From: Methanobacteriota archaeon | GTDB lineage: Archaea > Thermoplasmatota > E2 > DHVEG-1 | DNA length: 64,000 nt | Reading direction: 5' to 3' | NCBI GenBank assembly: GCA_043806635.1 | Contig: JAZDGT010000033.1 | Coordinates: 24,336 to 88,335, forward strand | Translations under genes and position numbers: made by a program | Part shown: positions 49,243 to 59,456 of the stretch, in pieces | Layout: each line of letters starts with the position of its first letter | How positions within the stretch are numbered: the first letter of the stretch is position 1 | Notes under the pieces: generated by a model | The model's input: only the letters and a program-made list of their open reading frames with translations | What the model was told of the DNA's origin: nothing | Database searches by the model: none

Positions 49243-50415
49243 TTAGCCACCCGCAGCAAGACTGAGAATCCAGGGTAACGCAATAACTGTACCGATGATA
49301 CTCCCCAGATTTGCTAAGGCGACCACCATTAACAACCGGATCACCCGATTCCTAAAAAAATCCCGCATCGTCTCAATTTTACTCAGCTCCTGGAAATCCT
49401 TCACCACCGGCATCCTGAATTTTGCTTCTACTAGACCTGCGAACCACCCCGGTGCAAAAAACGGCTCCAACGACGTAAACGGTGCCGCAACAAATGCGGT
49501 CAAACATGACAATGGATGACCCCGCGCGATTGCTGCACCCGCAGCAGATAATAACCCATGGACGAGGAACCAGATGAGAAAAATATCTCCGATTCGCGAC
49601 CAGGCGTTTACTCCACGACTATAAAACAACCAAAAAATGACACCAGCAAAAATAACTGGGATCGCCACCGCCACAATCTTCGCGATGCTCACCCGTTTTT
49701 TCGGTACCATCTCAAGCTCTTTCAAATCCACCGTTACACGCTTTTCCTCAAGATGTTTCCGAATCCCCTCAAGATGACCAGCACCAACAACCGCGACCAC
49801 CCGACCTTTCTTACTTTCCTCAAAAATCCTCTGCGAAATATACGCATCACGCTCATGAATAAGCACCGTCGCCACACTGGGGACGATCTTACCCAACTCC
49901 TTCAACATCTCGGAGATGACATCCTGATTCATCAGCTCCTTCAGATCCAGTTCCTCAAGGTCTTCCTCATCATACCCAAACAAGACCTTCATGAACTCCC
50001 AGAACAACCGAAGCTTCTCACGAACCCCCATCTTCCGCCAGGCTCGTTTAAACGTGATCGCGATATCACGATCAACCAAGGCCACCTCAAGATTTCCTTT
50101 CTTCGCAACATCAATCGCCGCGACCATCTCCGACCCGGGCTCAACACCAAATTCTTTCCCCAGACGTCGCTGAATCGATGCTAAAAACGTTTGAGCCAAA
50201 ACAAAATACGCTTGATTTCCCTTCAGCAATGCGGTAACCGGGGTGTTCTCCCATTTCTCCTTCTCCGTCAACGCCTTATACCGCCGCTGATCAAGCTCCA
50301 CAGCGACAACCACCGGTTTATACTGCGCAATCGCCGCGGTCACCTCACGAACACTATCCTCAGAAATATGCGCAGTCCCAACAAGAATAATATCATCAGA
50401 AATTTTTATTTCCAC
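49243..50415 (-). CDS. TraB/GumN family protein
   Basis: LVGTAHIS, VELD..R, PGSEM, DRDI..T..R, ERD, VVGAGH. Confidence 0.9.
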   Translation of the reverse strand: MEIKISDDIILVGTAHISEDSVREVTAAIAQYKPVVVAVELDQRRYKALTEKEKWENTPVTALLKGNQAYFVLAQTFLASIQRRLGKEFGVEPGSEMVAAIDVAKKGNLEVALVDRDIAITFKRAWRKMGVREKLRLFWEFMKVLFGYDEEDLEELDLKELMNQDVISEMLKELGKIVPSVATVLIHERDAYISQRIFEESKKGRVVAVVGAGHLEGIRKHLEEKRVTVDLKELEMVPKKRVSIAKIVAVAIPVIFAGVIFWLFYSRGVNAWSRIGDIFLIWFLVHGLLSAAGAAIARGHPLSCLTAFVAAPFTSLEPFFAPGWFAGLVEAKFRMPVVKDFQELSKIETMRDFFRNRVIRLLMVVALANLGSIIGTVIALPWILSLAAGG

Positions 50416-50468
50416 AGTCTCAACCTATCTATCACTGGTATCGATGCCCGTGTATATAAAAAACCTGT

Positions 50469-51098
50469 TTAGATTTCCGCTTCAAAATCTTCAACGGCGA
50501 CCTTAAAATCATCATCCGTCTTGATTTTCTCCTGAGCCTTCAATATCTCTTTCGCGAGTAACCAATAGACGAGCGCAAGAGCACGACGGCCTTTATTATT
50601 CGTCGGGATCACGATATCAACATATTTCGTCTCATTATTCGTATCACACAACGCAACTACAGGAATACCGATATTCTCCGCTTCATGAAGCGCCTGCATA
50701 TCGGCCAAGGGATCTGTTAAAATAATAATCTCCGGCTCCACATAATCTTTTGAATTCGGATTCGTCAACGTCCCTGGACGGAACCGACCATCCATCACTG
50801 TAATCCCGGTATATTCACCCAGTTTCCGAATCGGTTTCTGACCATATTGCCGCACGGAAACGACGAGGATTTTCTCAGGAGTATATTTCGCAAGTAGTTT
50901 CGCCGCGCTTTTAATCTTTTTATCTGTTTGCTTCACATCGATAATATACAAACCATCATTACGAACTTTATAGATGAATTGTTTGATATCCGCGGTTTTC
51001 TGTCGCGTCCCAATATGAACCCCTGATGTCATATACGTCTCTTCAGAAACCATGAGCTCTTTTTCGGTGTTCTCCGGGGTCTCTTTTTTCTCCGCCAT
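50469..51098 (-). CDS. rps2: 30S ribosomal protein S2 (uS2)
   Basis: GVHIGT, GRFRPGTLTNP, IPTNNKGR. Confidence 0.96.
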   Translation of the reverse strand: MAEKKETPENTEKELMVSEETYMTSGVHIGTRQKTADIKQFIYKVRNDGLYIIDVKQTDKKIKSAAKLLAKYTPEKILVVSVRQYGQKPIRKLGEYTGITVMDGRFRPGTLTNPNSKDYVEPEIIILTDPLADMQALHEAENIGIPVVALCDTNNETKYVDIVIPTNNKGRRALALVYWLLAKEILKAQEKIKTDDDFKVAVEDFEAEI

Positions 51099-51112
51099 AC
51101 CTTCTTCCTCTT

Positions 51113-51301
51113 TTAACTACTCACAATTGTCGTCCTTTTCACAGTGATCGGAATCGCGTCTTCCTTAAACTCCACCATAGCGATATCAATAGGGTCAATT
51201 GCATCTTTTGGTATCTTCGCTAACGTCGACGGCGCTCCCATGGAGAGCTGCAACGCTCGTGCACCAATAATCCTGGCTTTTTCAAATCGAGTATATTCCA
51301 C
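51113..51301 (-). CDS. rpoK: RNA polymerase subunit K (Rpo6)
   Basis: [23 protein letters not shown] start with ggagg RBS. Confidence 0.93.
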   Translation of the reverse strand: MEYTRFEKARIIGARALQLSMGAPSTLAKIPKDAIDPIDIAMVEFKEDAIPITVKRTTIVSS

Positions 51302-51457
51302 AGTATACCTCCGGAAACTCCAGATAAGTAGAAGCACCAAATACTAGAAACATTTAAAAAGGTTACCCCTAACGTAAAGGAGGATAAAAACCTCGGTTTT
51401 CATATCATTAACGGAGAGATACCCGGATACGGAACAGGAGGAAATCACCCAGTTTTT

Positions 51458-51670
51458 TTATTTTAACTCATCCTGAGGGTCGAACACGTCCGTTGTTGAT
51501 CGGTTCGAAAACTCTTCTAAAGCAAGCTCCATATCAAACGTGATATCCCGTAATAATTCATAGATTCGCTCGTTTCTAAATTCTTTTACCCCGTCGATGT
51601 CTGAATAAATTTTACCGAGATATTCGCCATCGTTTCTGTGAATTTCTATGTTATATAAAACTTCCTCCAT
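51458..51670 (-). CDS. Acidic hypothetical protein
   Basis: 70-aa ORF with gaggga RBS. Confidence 0.55.
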   Translation of the reverse strand: MEEVLYNIEIHRNDGEYLGKIYSDIDGVKEFRNERIYELLRDITFDMELALEEFSNRSTTDVFDPQDELK

Positions 51671-51763
51671 TCTAACTCCCTCTCTTCTATGTGATGCTAA
51701 CAATAAAATACATGGGATATAATAACTTTGTGGAATAATCAGGGTTTTTCAACGACGTTCTGG

Positions 51764-52228
51764 TTAAAGCATCCGTTCAATCAACTTGTTGATGTCTTTC
51801 CCACGGTACCCAAGCGCGCCACCATTTTGATATGACCGTTTAATCCCTTCATATCCTTTCTGTGGCGGGTGTAAACGAAATAAGGGTTTCACCTCAGGGA
51901 TATCCTTATACGTGAATTTGTTTTCTATGATCGCGTGTGTGAGCGTCTCCATCGTCTTAAAAGAAGTCGATGATTTCAGGTATTCCTCAGTGATTGGTTT
52001 ATCACCCTGCAACATTCCTCGGGAGGTGATGAGTTTTGTTAACGTTTCCTTCGAAATCTCCCCCCAGGTCGTGTAATCCTTCACCATCTGCAGCATCCCC
52101 TTGTACACCTTGTTTTCTTCGAGAATCGTACAATGATTCGCCCTGGTTAATCGGAGTAATCGTAACGTTTTTTTGATATCGGGTTTCATATTCAAGGTTC
52201 CTCGAACTCGTACCACAGCAAACACCAT
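51764..52228 (-). CDS. rpl30: 50S ribosomal protein L30 (uL30)
   Basis: AVVRVRG, FRLHPP..G, GALGYRG. Confidence 0.95.
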   Translation of the reverse strand: MVFAVVRVRGTLNMKPDIKKTLRLLRLTRANHCTILEENKVYKGMLQMVKDYTTWGEISKETLTKLITSRGMLQGDKPITEEYLKSSTSFKTMETLTHAIIENKFTYKDIPEVKPLFRLHPPQKGYEGIKRSYQNGGALGYRGKDINKLIERML

Positions 52229-52231
52229 AGC

Positions 52232-52984
52232 TTATGCCTCCTTCGCAGCATCTTCAGGTACCGGTGGTTTTACTTCTTCTTTCGGTAACCCGATGCTTCC
52301 TAAAACGATACCGAGGTTCTTTTTCTCTTCCCCGGTGATTCGATGATCCGCGTTTCGTTCTAACGCGTTAAAAACGGCTTTCGCGTTGTTCACCACGGTT
52401 TTCGTTTTCCCACTCGTGAACGACCAACAATCCTGTACCCCTGCTAATCGGAGGATCTTCTTTGCGACATCACCCGTCGCGAGACCAATCCCATGCGGCG
52501 CGGGTTTAAACGTCACCTCAACGGAGCCGCTTTTCCCCGTGATGGCGAACGGGAGTGTATGCGGTTTTTTACAGCCACATTCCCATGATCCACATCCTCG
52601 ACGGATCTCGATGATGTTTAATTTCGCGTTATCAATCGCCTTTTTTATGCTGGAGCCGACCTCTCGACCCTTTGCTTGGCCAAGACCGATAAACCCGTCT
52701 TTATTCCCGACTGCGACGGTGATTAAGAACTTGACTCGTCTTCCTGAGTCCGTCATCCGTTGAACCATGTTCACATCAATGACTTCATCTTCAGCGTCAG
52801 GTAATAACAGGTCGATGATTTGTGGTTCTCTCATTCTCAGGCCAGTCTGTAATGCGTCATTCATGGTTTTGATATCACCGTTCTTCACGAGATGACCAAG
52901 TCTGGTTTTTGGTACCCATTGTTCCAACGATATTCCTTCGTCTAATCTCGTGTTTCGTCTTGGTCGTGGTCTGCGTCCGCTCAT
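52232..52984 (-). CDS. rps5: 30S ribosomal protein S5 (uS5)
   Basis: [28 protein letters not shown]. Confidence 0.96.
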   Translation of the reverse strand: MSGRRPRPRRNTRLDEGISLEQWVPKTRLGHLVKNGDIKTMNDALQTGLRMREPQIIDLLLPDAEDEVIDVNMVQRMTDSGRRVKFLITVAVGNKDGFIGLGQAKGREVGSSIKKAIDNAKLNIIEIRRGCGSWECGCKKPHTLPFAITGKSGSVEVTFKPAPHGIGLATGDVAKKILRLAGVQDCWSFTSGKTKTVVNNAKAVFNALERNADHRITGEEKKNLGIVLGSIGLPKEEVKPPVPEDAAKEA

Positions 52985-53490
52985 TCTTTACCCCCTGTAA
53001 TCTTCTTTTTTGTATCCTGCACTGCAGGCATAAGTTCTTTATTCAGATGTTTTCCAACTATCCGGTCATCACTGGGGAGCATCTTACTATCATGCGGGCA
53101 AGTAATCCCTGCGTCGAGGACTCCTTTTAACACTGCGAACAGTTTTGACCCGGTCGTCGGCATTGAACGACCGATATCAAGTACTCCTTCACTGATTCCT
53201 TTCTCCTGCGCTCGTTTCCCCGCAAGCAACCCCGTGAGATACGCGGCAGGTGTCGTCGCAGTGGAGTATTTCCACTGATACTGCTTCACGAGATCATCCG
53301 AGATAGAAGACGCAAGAACCTTGTCTCCACCAGCGTTGTATTCGATGAATTGAACCCTGATGTTTTTAATGGACTTGCGCACGACGATGCGGATTTTCCG
53401 TGATTTCAAGAGACGAAGTCGTTTTCGATAATCCGTTCGTCCTAGTCTATGTCGACGTGGTTTCACATGATATCGTGGTCCTTGTTTCAT
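52981..53490 (-). CDS. rpl18: 50S ribosomal protein L18 (uL18)
   Basis: [15 protein letters not shown]. Confidence 0.95.
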   Translation of the reverse strand: MKQGPRYHVKPRRHRLGRTDYRKRLRLLKSRKIRIVVRKSIKNIRVQFIEYNAGGDKVLASSISDDLVKQYQWKYSTATTPAAYLTGLLAGKRAQEKGISEGVLDIGRSMPTTGSKLFAVLKGVLDAGITCPHDSKMLPSDDRIVGKHLNKELMPAVQDTKKKITGGKE

Positions 53491-53948
53491 TGTTTTTCCT
53501 CCTTAATAAGTCCATCAGTGATCAGATGAGTTTTCAGATGGTGTTTACTGCGGAACTCACCACCTTTCGCTTTCATGTAATACCTTCGGTATTGATGAGG
53601 CGTAATGATTTTTTCTTCTCGTAATTGACTCAGGTACATGCGAAGGGGGCGAATCGTTCGTATCCATCGTTCCTTCTTCGGGGAACGAGCATATTTTTTT
53701 CCTTTCCGTGACCCTTGTCCACGTTGTCTCCCTTTTGCTTTCTGTTCCTTATTATAATTTTTCCGTGCATGGGAGATACCCTTTTTTTGTTTACTCTGAA
53801 TTGCGCCACCGTCGATGAGAACGCGTATATCTTTTCGAATAACTGCTTTTGCGATCTCCTCCAAACGGTCGGGGTCCATCCAGACTCGGTTTACTCCGCA
53901 TTTCAGGATTGATGCCGCCATACGGCGTTGATTACGTAAATCAGTCAT
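53487..53948 (-). CDS. rpl19e: 50S ribosomal protein L19e
   Basis: QRRMAASILKCG..RVW, GSRKG, KAKGG.F. Confidence 0.95.
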   Translation of the reverse strand: MTDLRNQRRMAASILKCGVNRVWMDPDRLEEIAKAVIRKDIRVLIDGGAIQSKQKKGISHARKNYNKEQKAKGRQRGQGSRKGKKYARSPKKERWIRTIRPLRMYLSQLREEKIITPHQYRRYYMKAKGGEFRSKHHLKTHLITDGLIKEEKQ

Positions 53949-53952
53949 GGTT

Positions 53953-54672
53953 TTACACCCTCATGTTCAATATTCTGATGTCGAGTTCATCAGCTTTTTT
54001 CGCGATATCTGCACGTTTCTTCGTCCCCACGGTGCTCCGTATCCGAGCAGCCTGCGTTTTCGGGTTCATCTTCGTGAGATCAGTGACGTTTGACACCATG
54101 ACTTCTTCAAAGCCTGATGGGTGTAACCCGCGAACTTCTTTTGGTCCTCGGAATCCGACGCGGACAACATGAGGTCGATACCCTTTGTGTTTCCTCATTT
54201 TCGAGGTGATCCCATCGGGTCTCCGCCAGTTCATCGGGATTCGTTTATACCGGAACCATTCCTCTCGCAAAAACCTGGGGTTTTTTCTTTGTTTCTTTCT
54301 TCGGAGCAGAAGCTGTTGTCGTTGCTCTTTACTCAACTCAGGTTTTTTCTTCGCTGTATACGTGCCTTTGGATGGTTCAACAATTTCGACTTGTTCTTTC
54401 TCCTCAGGTTTTTTCTCTGCTTTGGGTTGTTCTTTTGGTGTATCAGTTTTTGGTGTTTTCTTCGTGGTTTTCACTGGTTTTTTCTTCGCAAGTTGTTTTT
54501 TGATGTCCTGCGCGTTTTTTTCAGTAACTCCTTTGATTTTCGTTAACTCTTCAACCTTCGCATCTCGTAATTTCTCTATCGTAGTGAATCCATTCTCATA
54601 GAGGGACTCTGCTTTTGCTTTACCGACTCCTTTGAGTGCGGTGAATGCTTTAATGCTGTCTTCTTTCGTCAT
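53953..54672 (-). CDS. rpl32e: 50S ribosomal protein L32e with N-terminal HhH domain
   Basis: P.F.R..W..WRRPDG, RGLHPSG; N-terminal LKGVGKAKA..IKGVTEK. Confidence 0.93.
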   Translation of the reverse strand: MTKEDSIKAFTALKGVGKAKAESLYENGFTTIEKLRDAKVEELTKIKGVTEKNAQDIKKQLAKKKPVKTTKKTPKTDTPKEQPKAEKKPEEKEQVEIVEPSKGTYTAKKKPELSKEQRQQLLLRRKKQRKNPRFLREEWFRYKRIPMNWRRPDGITSKMRKHKGYRPHVVRVGFRGPKEVRGLHPSGFEEVMVSNVTDLTKMNPKTQAARIRSTVGTKKRADIAKKADELDIRILNMRV

Positions 54673-55226
54673 GGTTTCCCTCCTTTCCCTGAGATGATAT
54701 ACACACCGTCTTGGAATACTCGGACATCCCGGTTCTTCACTTTTGCCGCTCGTTCTATGTTTGCAGCGGTTTGACCAATCTGTTCAATGTTAATCCCTGA
54801 TAACGTAATCAGGTCACCTTGGATGGCTACTTTCACGCCTTCGAGGATTTTTGCTTTCCGGGGCGAGCGTTCCCCGAGGAAGTTCTGGATGATAAACGTG
54901 TTACCTTCTACTGCTGTTTTAATCGGGAAATGTGAATACACGGTTTTCATTTTGTATTCGTATCCATCGGTGACTCCTTTGATCATGTTGCGGATATGTG
55001 CGGCGTAGGTTCCAAGTAATGCTTTCTCTGCGCGGTGAGGTGACTTGTTACACAAGATAATCACCTTGTCCTTCTGAATCGTGATTTGTATTTTCGGGTT
55101 CCAAAACACCCTAGTGTTTACCCCTTTTGATCCTTTCACCTGTAATGTGTTCTTCTCGAAAGTGAGTTCGACTCCGGTTGGGATTTTGACTTCTTCCTTT
55201 ATTTCAGTTACTGCGGTCATGGTCAT
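54669..55226 (-). CDS. rpl6: 50S ribosomal protein L6 (uL6)
   Basis: YSHFPI, NFLGER, RDVRVFQDGVY. Confidence 0.95.
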   Translation of the reverse strand: MTMTAVTEIKEEVKIPTGVELTFEKNTLQVKGSKGVNTRVFWNPKIQITIQKDKVIILCNKSPHRAEKALLGTYAAHIRNMIKGVTDGYEYKMKTVYSHFPIKTAVEGNTFIIQNFLGERSPRKAKILEGVKVAIQGDLITLSGINIEQIGQTAANIERAAKVKNRDVRVFQDGVYIISGKGGKP

Positions 55227-55233
55227 CACATCC

Positions 55234-55623
55234 TTAATAGACATACGCGAGGAGTTTCCCTCCGATACCCATTTGTTTTGCTTCAGCATTTGAGATGACT
55301 CCATTCGTAGTCGTCAGGATGAGTAGCCCGAATTCTCGAGCGGGGAGGTATCGAGACTCCCATTTCTCGAGTTCATCACGTTTAATTGGATAGCGTGGTT
55401 TTATGACGCCGCAGTTGTTGATTTTCCCGAGGAGTTTCACCTCGAATATCCCTGCTTGTCCGTCATCGGCTAACTCGTAGCTTCCGATGTATCTTTTCTC
55501 TTTGAGAAGATTCAGGACTCCACCGATGAGTTTCGAGGAGGGGCGGATAACACAGGCGCCTTTTCCTTTTATTTCAGCGTTTTTGATCAGTGATAATGCA
55601 TCTGCCAATGGATCATTTAACAT
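55234..55623 (-). CDS. rps8: 30S ribosomal protein S8 (uS8)
   Basis: DPLADAL..IKNAE, GVIKPR, GGKLLAYVY. Confidence 0.96.
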   Translation of the reverse strand: MLNDPLADALSLIKNAEIKGKGACVIRPSSKLIGGVLNLLKEKRYIGSYELADDGQAGIFEVKLLGKINNCGVIKPRYPIKRDELEKWESRYLPAREFGLLILTTTNGVISNAEAKQMGIGGKLLAYVY

Positions 55624-55640
55624 AGATGTAGCAACTCCTT

Positions 55641-55796
55641 TTACCAGTATTTTTTAAATCCTATTTCTTCAGCTTTTTCTCGGAAGCATTGTCTGCAGAG
55701 ATGAAGACCATATTTTCTGATGAGACCGCGTTTTCTCCCGCATTGCTCGCACCCGATTTTTCTGCCGTACATTTTCTTCCGCTCTTTCTCTCTCAT
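55641..55796 (-). CDS. rps14: 30S ribosomal protein S14 (uS14; not in ORF track)
   Basis: Manual translation ..[32 protein letters not shown] between L5 and S8. Confidence 0.95.
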   Translation of the reverse strand: MREKERKKMYGRKIGCEQCGRKRGLIRKYGLHLCRQCFREKAEEIGFKKYW

Positions 55797-56395
55797 TAGA
55801 CAACCTCCACTTGGTAGGCTTCTTTCAGGAACTCCATGGTTTCTTCGGGGGTGATTTGATGGCGTTGCGGTATTTTCCTCCGGTCGATTCGGCGGTGTTT
55901 AATACGATACCCTGGTTTCTGTATCGTGACGCAGATATCCATACCGAAGATCCCGATGTTCGGGTCATATCTCTGGTCTTTGAAGAGGGTGTGATCAGGT
56001 ACCCCAAATGAGATGTTCCCTTGATTGTCGAAGCTATAATCCGAGACTTGGTTGTTCCGTATTTTCAATGCTTCGACGAGGAATGCTTGCGCTTTTTTTC
56101 CTCGTAATGTCACCTTACAGCCGAGGGGCATTCCATCACGGATCCCCCAGTCTTTATTGGTTGTTCTTGAGAAGGTCTGCACCGGTTTCTGACCGGTGAT
56201 TCCTTTTAAGACGGATTGTGCTTTACTGAGTTTCTCACCGGCTTCACCGACGCCGATGTTAATCGTGATTTTCTCGATCCGTGGCCGCGTCATACTTATT
56301 TTATTCTCAGGTGTTTTCTCCGCAGTCTTCACCTTGACGGGTTTCTTTTTTGATGTTTTTTTCACGGGTTTTTCACTGGTTTTTTTCGCAGGCAT
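55796..56395 (-). CDS. rpl5: 50S ribosomal protein L5 (uL5) with Lys-rich N-terminal extension
   Basis: [26 protein letters not shown]. Confidence 0.95.
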   Translation of the reverse strand: MPAKKTSEKPVKKTSKKKPVKVKTAEKTPENKISMTRPRIEKITINIGVGEAGEKLSKAQSVLKGITGQKPVQTFSRTTNKDWGIRDGMPLGCKVTLRGKKAQAFLVEALKIRNNQVSDYSFDNQGNISFGVPDHTLFKDQRYDPNIGIFGMDICVTIQKPGYRIKHRRIDRRKIPQRHQITPEETMEFLKEAYQVEVV

Positions 56396-57108
56396 TACAT
56401 AGTCACCTCAGGTAACGCAATGATTGGTTTCGTTAGACCAATGGGGAACACGTACTCTGTGATAGTGGAGAACTCTGTGATGCCTTTCATCTTCGCCAGG
56501 TTCGGTTTCGATGAGGCAACAACTTCTACGTCTTCGATGTTGGCGGTCTGCCCGATATGTCTTCCCCCGACGATCATACAAACCGTTCCTTTCTTGAACG
56601 GAAAAACCTCGACGATTTTTTTTTCTTTAAGATCAATTTTGAGGACATCCCCTGTTGTATACTCGTCTTTTGGTACAATGATATTGGTCCCATCATGGAG
56701 ATTCAACTGGATTTTTTTCCCGCGGAGAACCGTTTTGTTCTCAATACGACAGAGTTTCCAGGTTGCGTTATCTGCAGGGATGGGGACGAGCATTAGTTTA
56801 CCTTTCCGGTCGAACAGAACGCGATAATCTTTTTTCAGCTCAGGGAGCGAGACAACATCCATGAACCCGCAGGGGAACTGATGGTTTTTTCGTTTCACTC
56901 CATCAACGAGTATATTCCCAGTAACAATGATTCGTTTCGCCTCTTTTTGCAGGTCACACAGCTGTAAAAAATCACGGACAACGGAGAGTAAGGAGAGTGA
57001 TTGCTCTATTCTATGGGGTCCGGGTGACGGTTTCGTCATCCAGACATGTTCTTTCCGGTGGATTCGTACTGTTCTAGGTGCTGCAAGTCTTTTTAAATGC
57101 TTACTCAT
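56395..57108 (-). CDS. rps4e: 30S ribosomal protein S4e
   Basis: HLKRLAAP, PSPGPH, GFMDV, QLNLHDG. Confidence 0.96.
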   Translation of the reverse strand: MSKHLKRLAAPRTVRIHRKEHVWMTKPSPGPHRIEQSLSLLSVVRDFLQLCDLQKEAKRIIVTGNILVDGVKRKNHQFPCGFMDVVSLPELKKDYRVLFDRKGKLMLVPIPADNATWKLCRIENKTVLRGKKIQLNLHDGTNIIVPKDEYTTGDVLKIDLKEKKIVEVFPFKKGTVCMIVGGRHIGQTANIEDVEVVASSKPNLAKMKGITEFSTITEYVFPIGLTKPIIALPEVTM

Positions 57109-57818
57109 GGTTTAGCCTCTTTTTTGTTTTTCGTGGGTGTTTTTTTCGTAGACGGTTTTTTCACGGGTTCTTTCTCCACGACTTTCCCTTCTTTCACCTC
57201 GGGGGTTTCCGAAGTAACTGGTTGTTCAGGTGCTTCCTCTTCGGTCTTCTCTGGTTTTTTCTCTGTTTTTTCCTCTTTTTTCGGTGCCGGCTCTTTTTTT
57301 TCTACAGGTTTTTTCTCTTCTGGTGGTTTCTCAGCGGTTTTTTCGAGTTCTTTCTTTTGTTGTTCTTCTTTTTTTGTTTCCTCGTCGGCTTTTTTCTTTT
57401 GTGCCTCGATTTCGACGAGTTGCTGCTGTGCTTCTTTCTCGATTTCTTTCCTGGTTTCTTCGGTGAGACCGCTTTCGAGTTTTTTCCGTCTCCATTTATC
57501 CGTAAGATTCAATTTTGTAATCAACAGATTACTAGGATGCATGGGTCTCGCGATTTTTTTTCCATCCGCTTTCACATGGGTGACCCCTTCGATTTCTACG
57601 ATTCGGTCCTTCACATTCACATGGGATATTTTATCTTCATGCCCTTTGAAACTGCCCCTCATCACCTTCACCATGTCTCCTTTAATCACGGGGATACTCC
57701 GCCGATCATATTTTAGCAGGAGTTTTTCCTCGAGGTGAGAAGCAATCCACTTCCTTTTTTTATGCAGAGGAGCATTGAAGAGGTATTTCCGTTGTTTACG
57801 TGCTTTTTTTGATTTCAT
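57105..57818 (-). CDS. rpl24: 50S ribosomal protein L24 (uL24) with long E/K-rich C-terminal tail
   Basis: RKQRK..NAPLH, GD.VKVMRG.FKG, HPSNL. Confidence 0.93.
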   Translation of the reverse strand: MKSKKARKQRKYLFNAPLHKKRKWIASHLEEKLLLKYDRRSIPVIKGDMVKVMRGSFKGHEDKISHVNVKDRIVEIEGVTHVKADGKKIARPMHPSNLLITKLNLTDKWRRKKLESGLTEETRKEIEKEAQQQLVEIEAQKKKADEETKKEEQQKKELEKTAEKPPEEKKPVEKKEPAPKKEEKTEKKPEKTEEEAPEQPVTSETPEVKEGKVVEKEPVKKPSTKKTPTKNKKEAKP

Positions 57819-57846
57819 GTGTAGTATCACCACTTTCTTATTTTTT

Positions 57847-58245
57847 TTATACGATGGTTGATGCTAAGGATGCGATCTTCGGCCATCGTTCTGCTGCTTC
57901 AAGTGCAACCGGTCCTTTGATCATCGTACCTTTTGTTTCCCCGGTCTCCGTGATGATTACTGCAGCGTTATCCTCAAATTGCACCATTGTTCCATCTGGT
58001 CTCCGGAAGGGTCTTCGTTGTCGGATGATCACCGCTTTCATCATCTGACGTCTCATGTCAGCAGCACCTTTTTTCACACTGATAATGACCAGGTCGCCCA
58101 CCCCGGCTTTCGGGGTTCGTCGATGGACACCTTTATATCTCGGTGTCATAATAATCTGAACAACTTTTGCACCAGTGTTATCAACACAGGTTAACCGTGC
58201 GCCGACGTTTAACCCGCGCATCATTCTCCCAGCTATTCCTTTCAT
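57847..58245 (-). CDS. rpl14: 50S ribosomal protein L14 (uL14)
   Basis: DNTGAK, FEDNAAV, GPVA.EAAERWP. Confidence 0.96.
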   Translation of the reverse strand: MKGIAGRMMRGLNVGARLTCVDNTGAKVVQIIMTPRYKGVHRRTPKAGVGDLVIISVKKGAADMRRQMMKAVIIRQRRPFRRPDGTMVQFEDNAAVIITETGETKGTMIKGPVALEAAERWPKIASLASTIV

Positions 58246-58267
58246 ATCGTACCAGGTCTCCTTTTTT

Positions 58268-58609
58268 TTATATCTTCTCTATCGTCACAAATGAGATGGT
58301 TTTACTCAACGGTCGGCATTCCGCGATTTTCACTTTATCCCCTGGGTTTACTTTGATGCAGGGGGGGCAATGAGCAGAATACTTTGATGAACGTTTCTCG
58401 TATCTCTCATATTTTGGAACATAATGCATATATTCTTTTTTCACTAACACCGAGTTTTTCATCTTGTTCGAGACAACCGTACCAACGATTACCTGTCCTC
58501 GGACAGATAAAACGCCGTGGAACGGGCAGTTCACATCACTGCAGCTTTCACTCGGTGGGTTTACAGGAACACCTATATTTCGTGGTTCTTTTCTTTGCTT
58601 CACACTCAT
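58268..58609 (-). CDS. rps17: 30S ribosomal protein S17 (uS17)
   Basis: [26 protein letters not shown]. Confidence 0.96.
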   Translation of the reverse strand: MSVKQRKEPRNIGVPVNPPSESCSDVNCPFHGVLSVRGQVIVGTVVSNKMKNSVLVKKEYMHYVPKYERYEKRSSKYSAHCPPCIKVNPGDKVKIAECRPLSKTISFVTIEKI

Positions 58610-58873
58610 TCACCTTGATTTTTTTATCCGGTCTTCCGGTCTATGAATCAATCGTATCCCTTGCACGATTACGTGGTGCCCGTTTTCGGTAAATTCAAAG
58701 GATGCCGTGGTTTTTGCAATCCGTCTCTGCGTGTTCCCTCGTTCGATGAGGAACGTGTGTTTCGTCTCATCAAGGATCACCCCGGAGAAACCAACCCCGG
58801 TTGGGTCAGTGCACTCGCGGATGGTAACCGTTCTTCCGATGAACTCGTCTTTCACGAGAGGGTATTCCGACAT
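58610..58873 (-). CDS. rnp1: RNase P protein component 1 (Rpp29)
   Basis: EFIG, G.ILDETK, RPEDRIK; canonical position. Confidence 0.9.
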   Translation of the reverse strand: MSEYPLVKDEFIGRTVTIRECTDPTGVGFSGVILDETKHTFLIERGNTQRRIAKTTASFEFTENGHHVIVQGIRLIHRPEDRIKKSR

Positions 58874-58956
58874 CTTAGTATCTCCTAGGATACGACTGTG
58901 TAACCATTTTTTCTGTTGAATTTCATTCCTTTTTTTTCGTCTAATATTTTTTTTTA

Positions 58957-59256
58957 TTAGTTGACTTCAACGATGAAACCCATCTTTTCTAAGGTTTCTT
59001 TTACTTTTGTCCGGTGGTCACCTTGGAGCTCAATTCTTCCTTCTTTGATCGTGCCGCCGCATGCACAGGTGGATTTCAGACTACTTATCAATGCGTTGAT
59101 GTCTAAATCGTGTGGGTTTATCCCGTTGACGATCGTCATCATTTTTCCATATCGTCGTTTATCAATAGCGATGGTAATCTTCTGTTGTTCTCGTGCGATT
59201 TCTTCACAGACACAGATCTCTTTTGGTAGACCACATTTCGTGCATATCTCACTCAT
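58957..59256 (-). CDS. Translation initiation factor aIF1 (SUI1/YciH)
   Basis: CGLP.E.CVC, ACGGT.K, IELQGDH. Confidence 0.93.
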   Translation of the reverse strand: MSEICTKCGLPKEICVCEEIAREQQKITIAIDKRRYGKMMTIVNGINPHDLDINALISSLKSTCACGGTIKEGRIELQGDHRTKVKETLEKMGFIVEVN

Positions 59257-59456
59257 TGTGTTTCTCCTTTCTCCCGCATGATCGTAAGGATCTTGGCGAT
59301 GGACATCCGTATCTGCCTGATTTTCCCAGGTGATGCCGGTGAACCACCCATTGCTGCGACCCCTCGCTCATGCATCAGTTCTTCTTTCAACTCTTTGAGT
59401 TTTACCTTCCGTTCATCAGGGTTGAACTCCCTGATTTCTTTCGCTTTGAGCACCAT
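59253..59456 (-). CDS. rpl29: 50S ribosomal protein L29 (uL29)
   Basis: PGKIRQIR.SIAKILT. Confidence 0.93.
   Translation of the reverse strand: MVLKAKEIREFNPDERKVKLKELKEELMHERGVAAMGGSPASPGKIRQIRMSIAKILTIMREKGETQ

Noticed and set aside
57078..57738. Long plus-strand ORFs (212-213 aa) opposite rpl24, and similar shadow ORFs opposite other genes
   Set aside because: Antisense shadows of real genes, with low-complexity F/S-rich translations.
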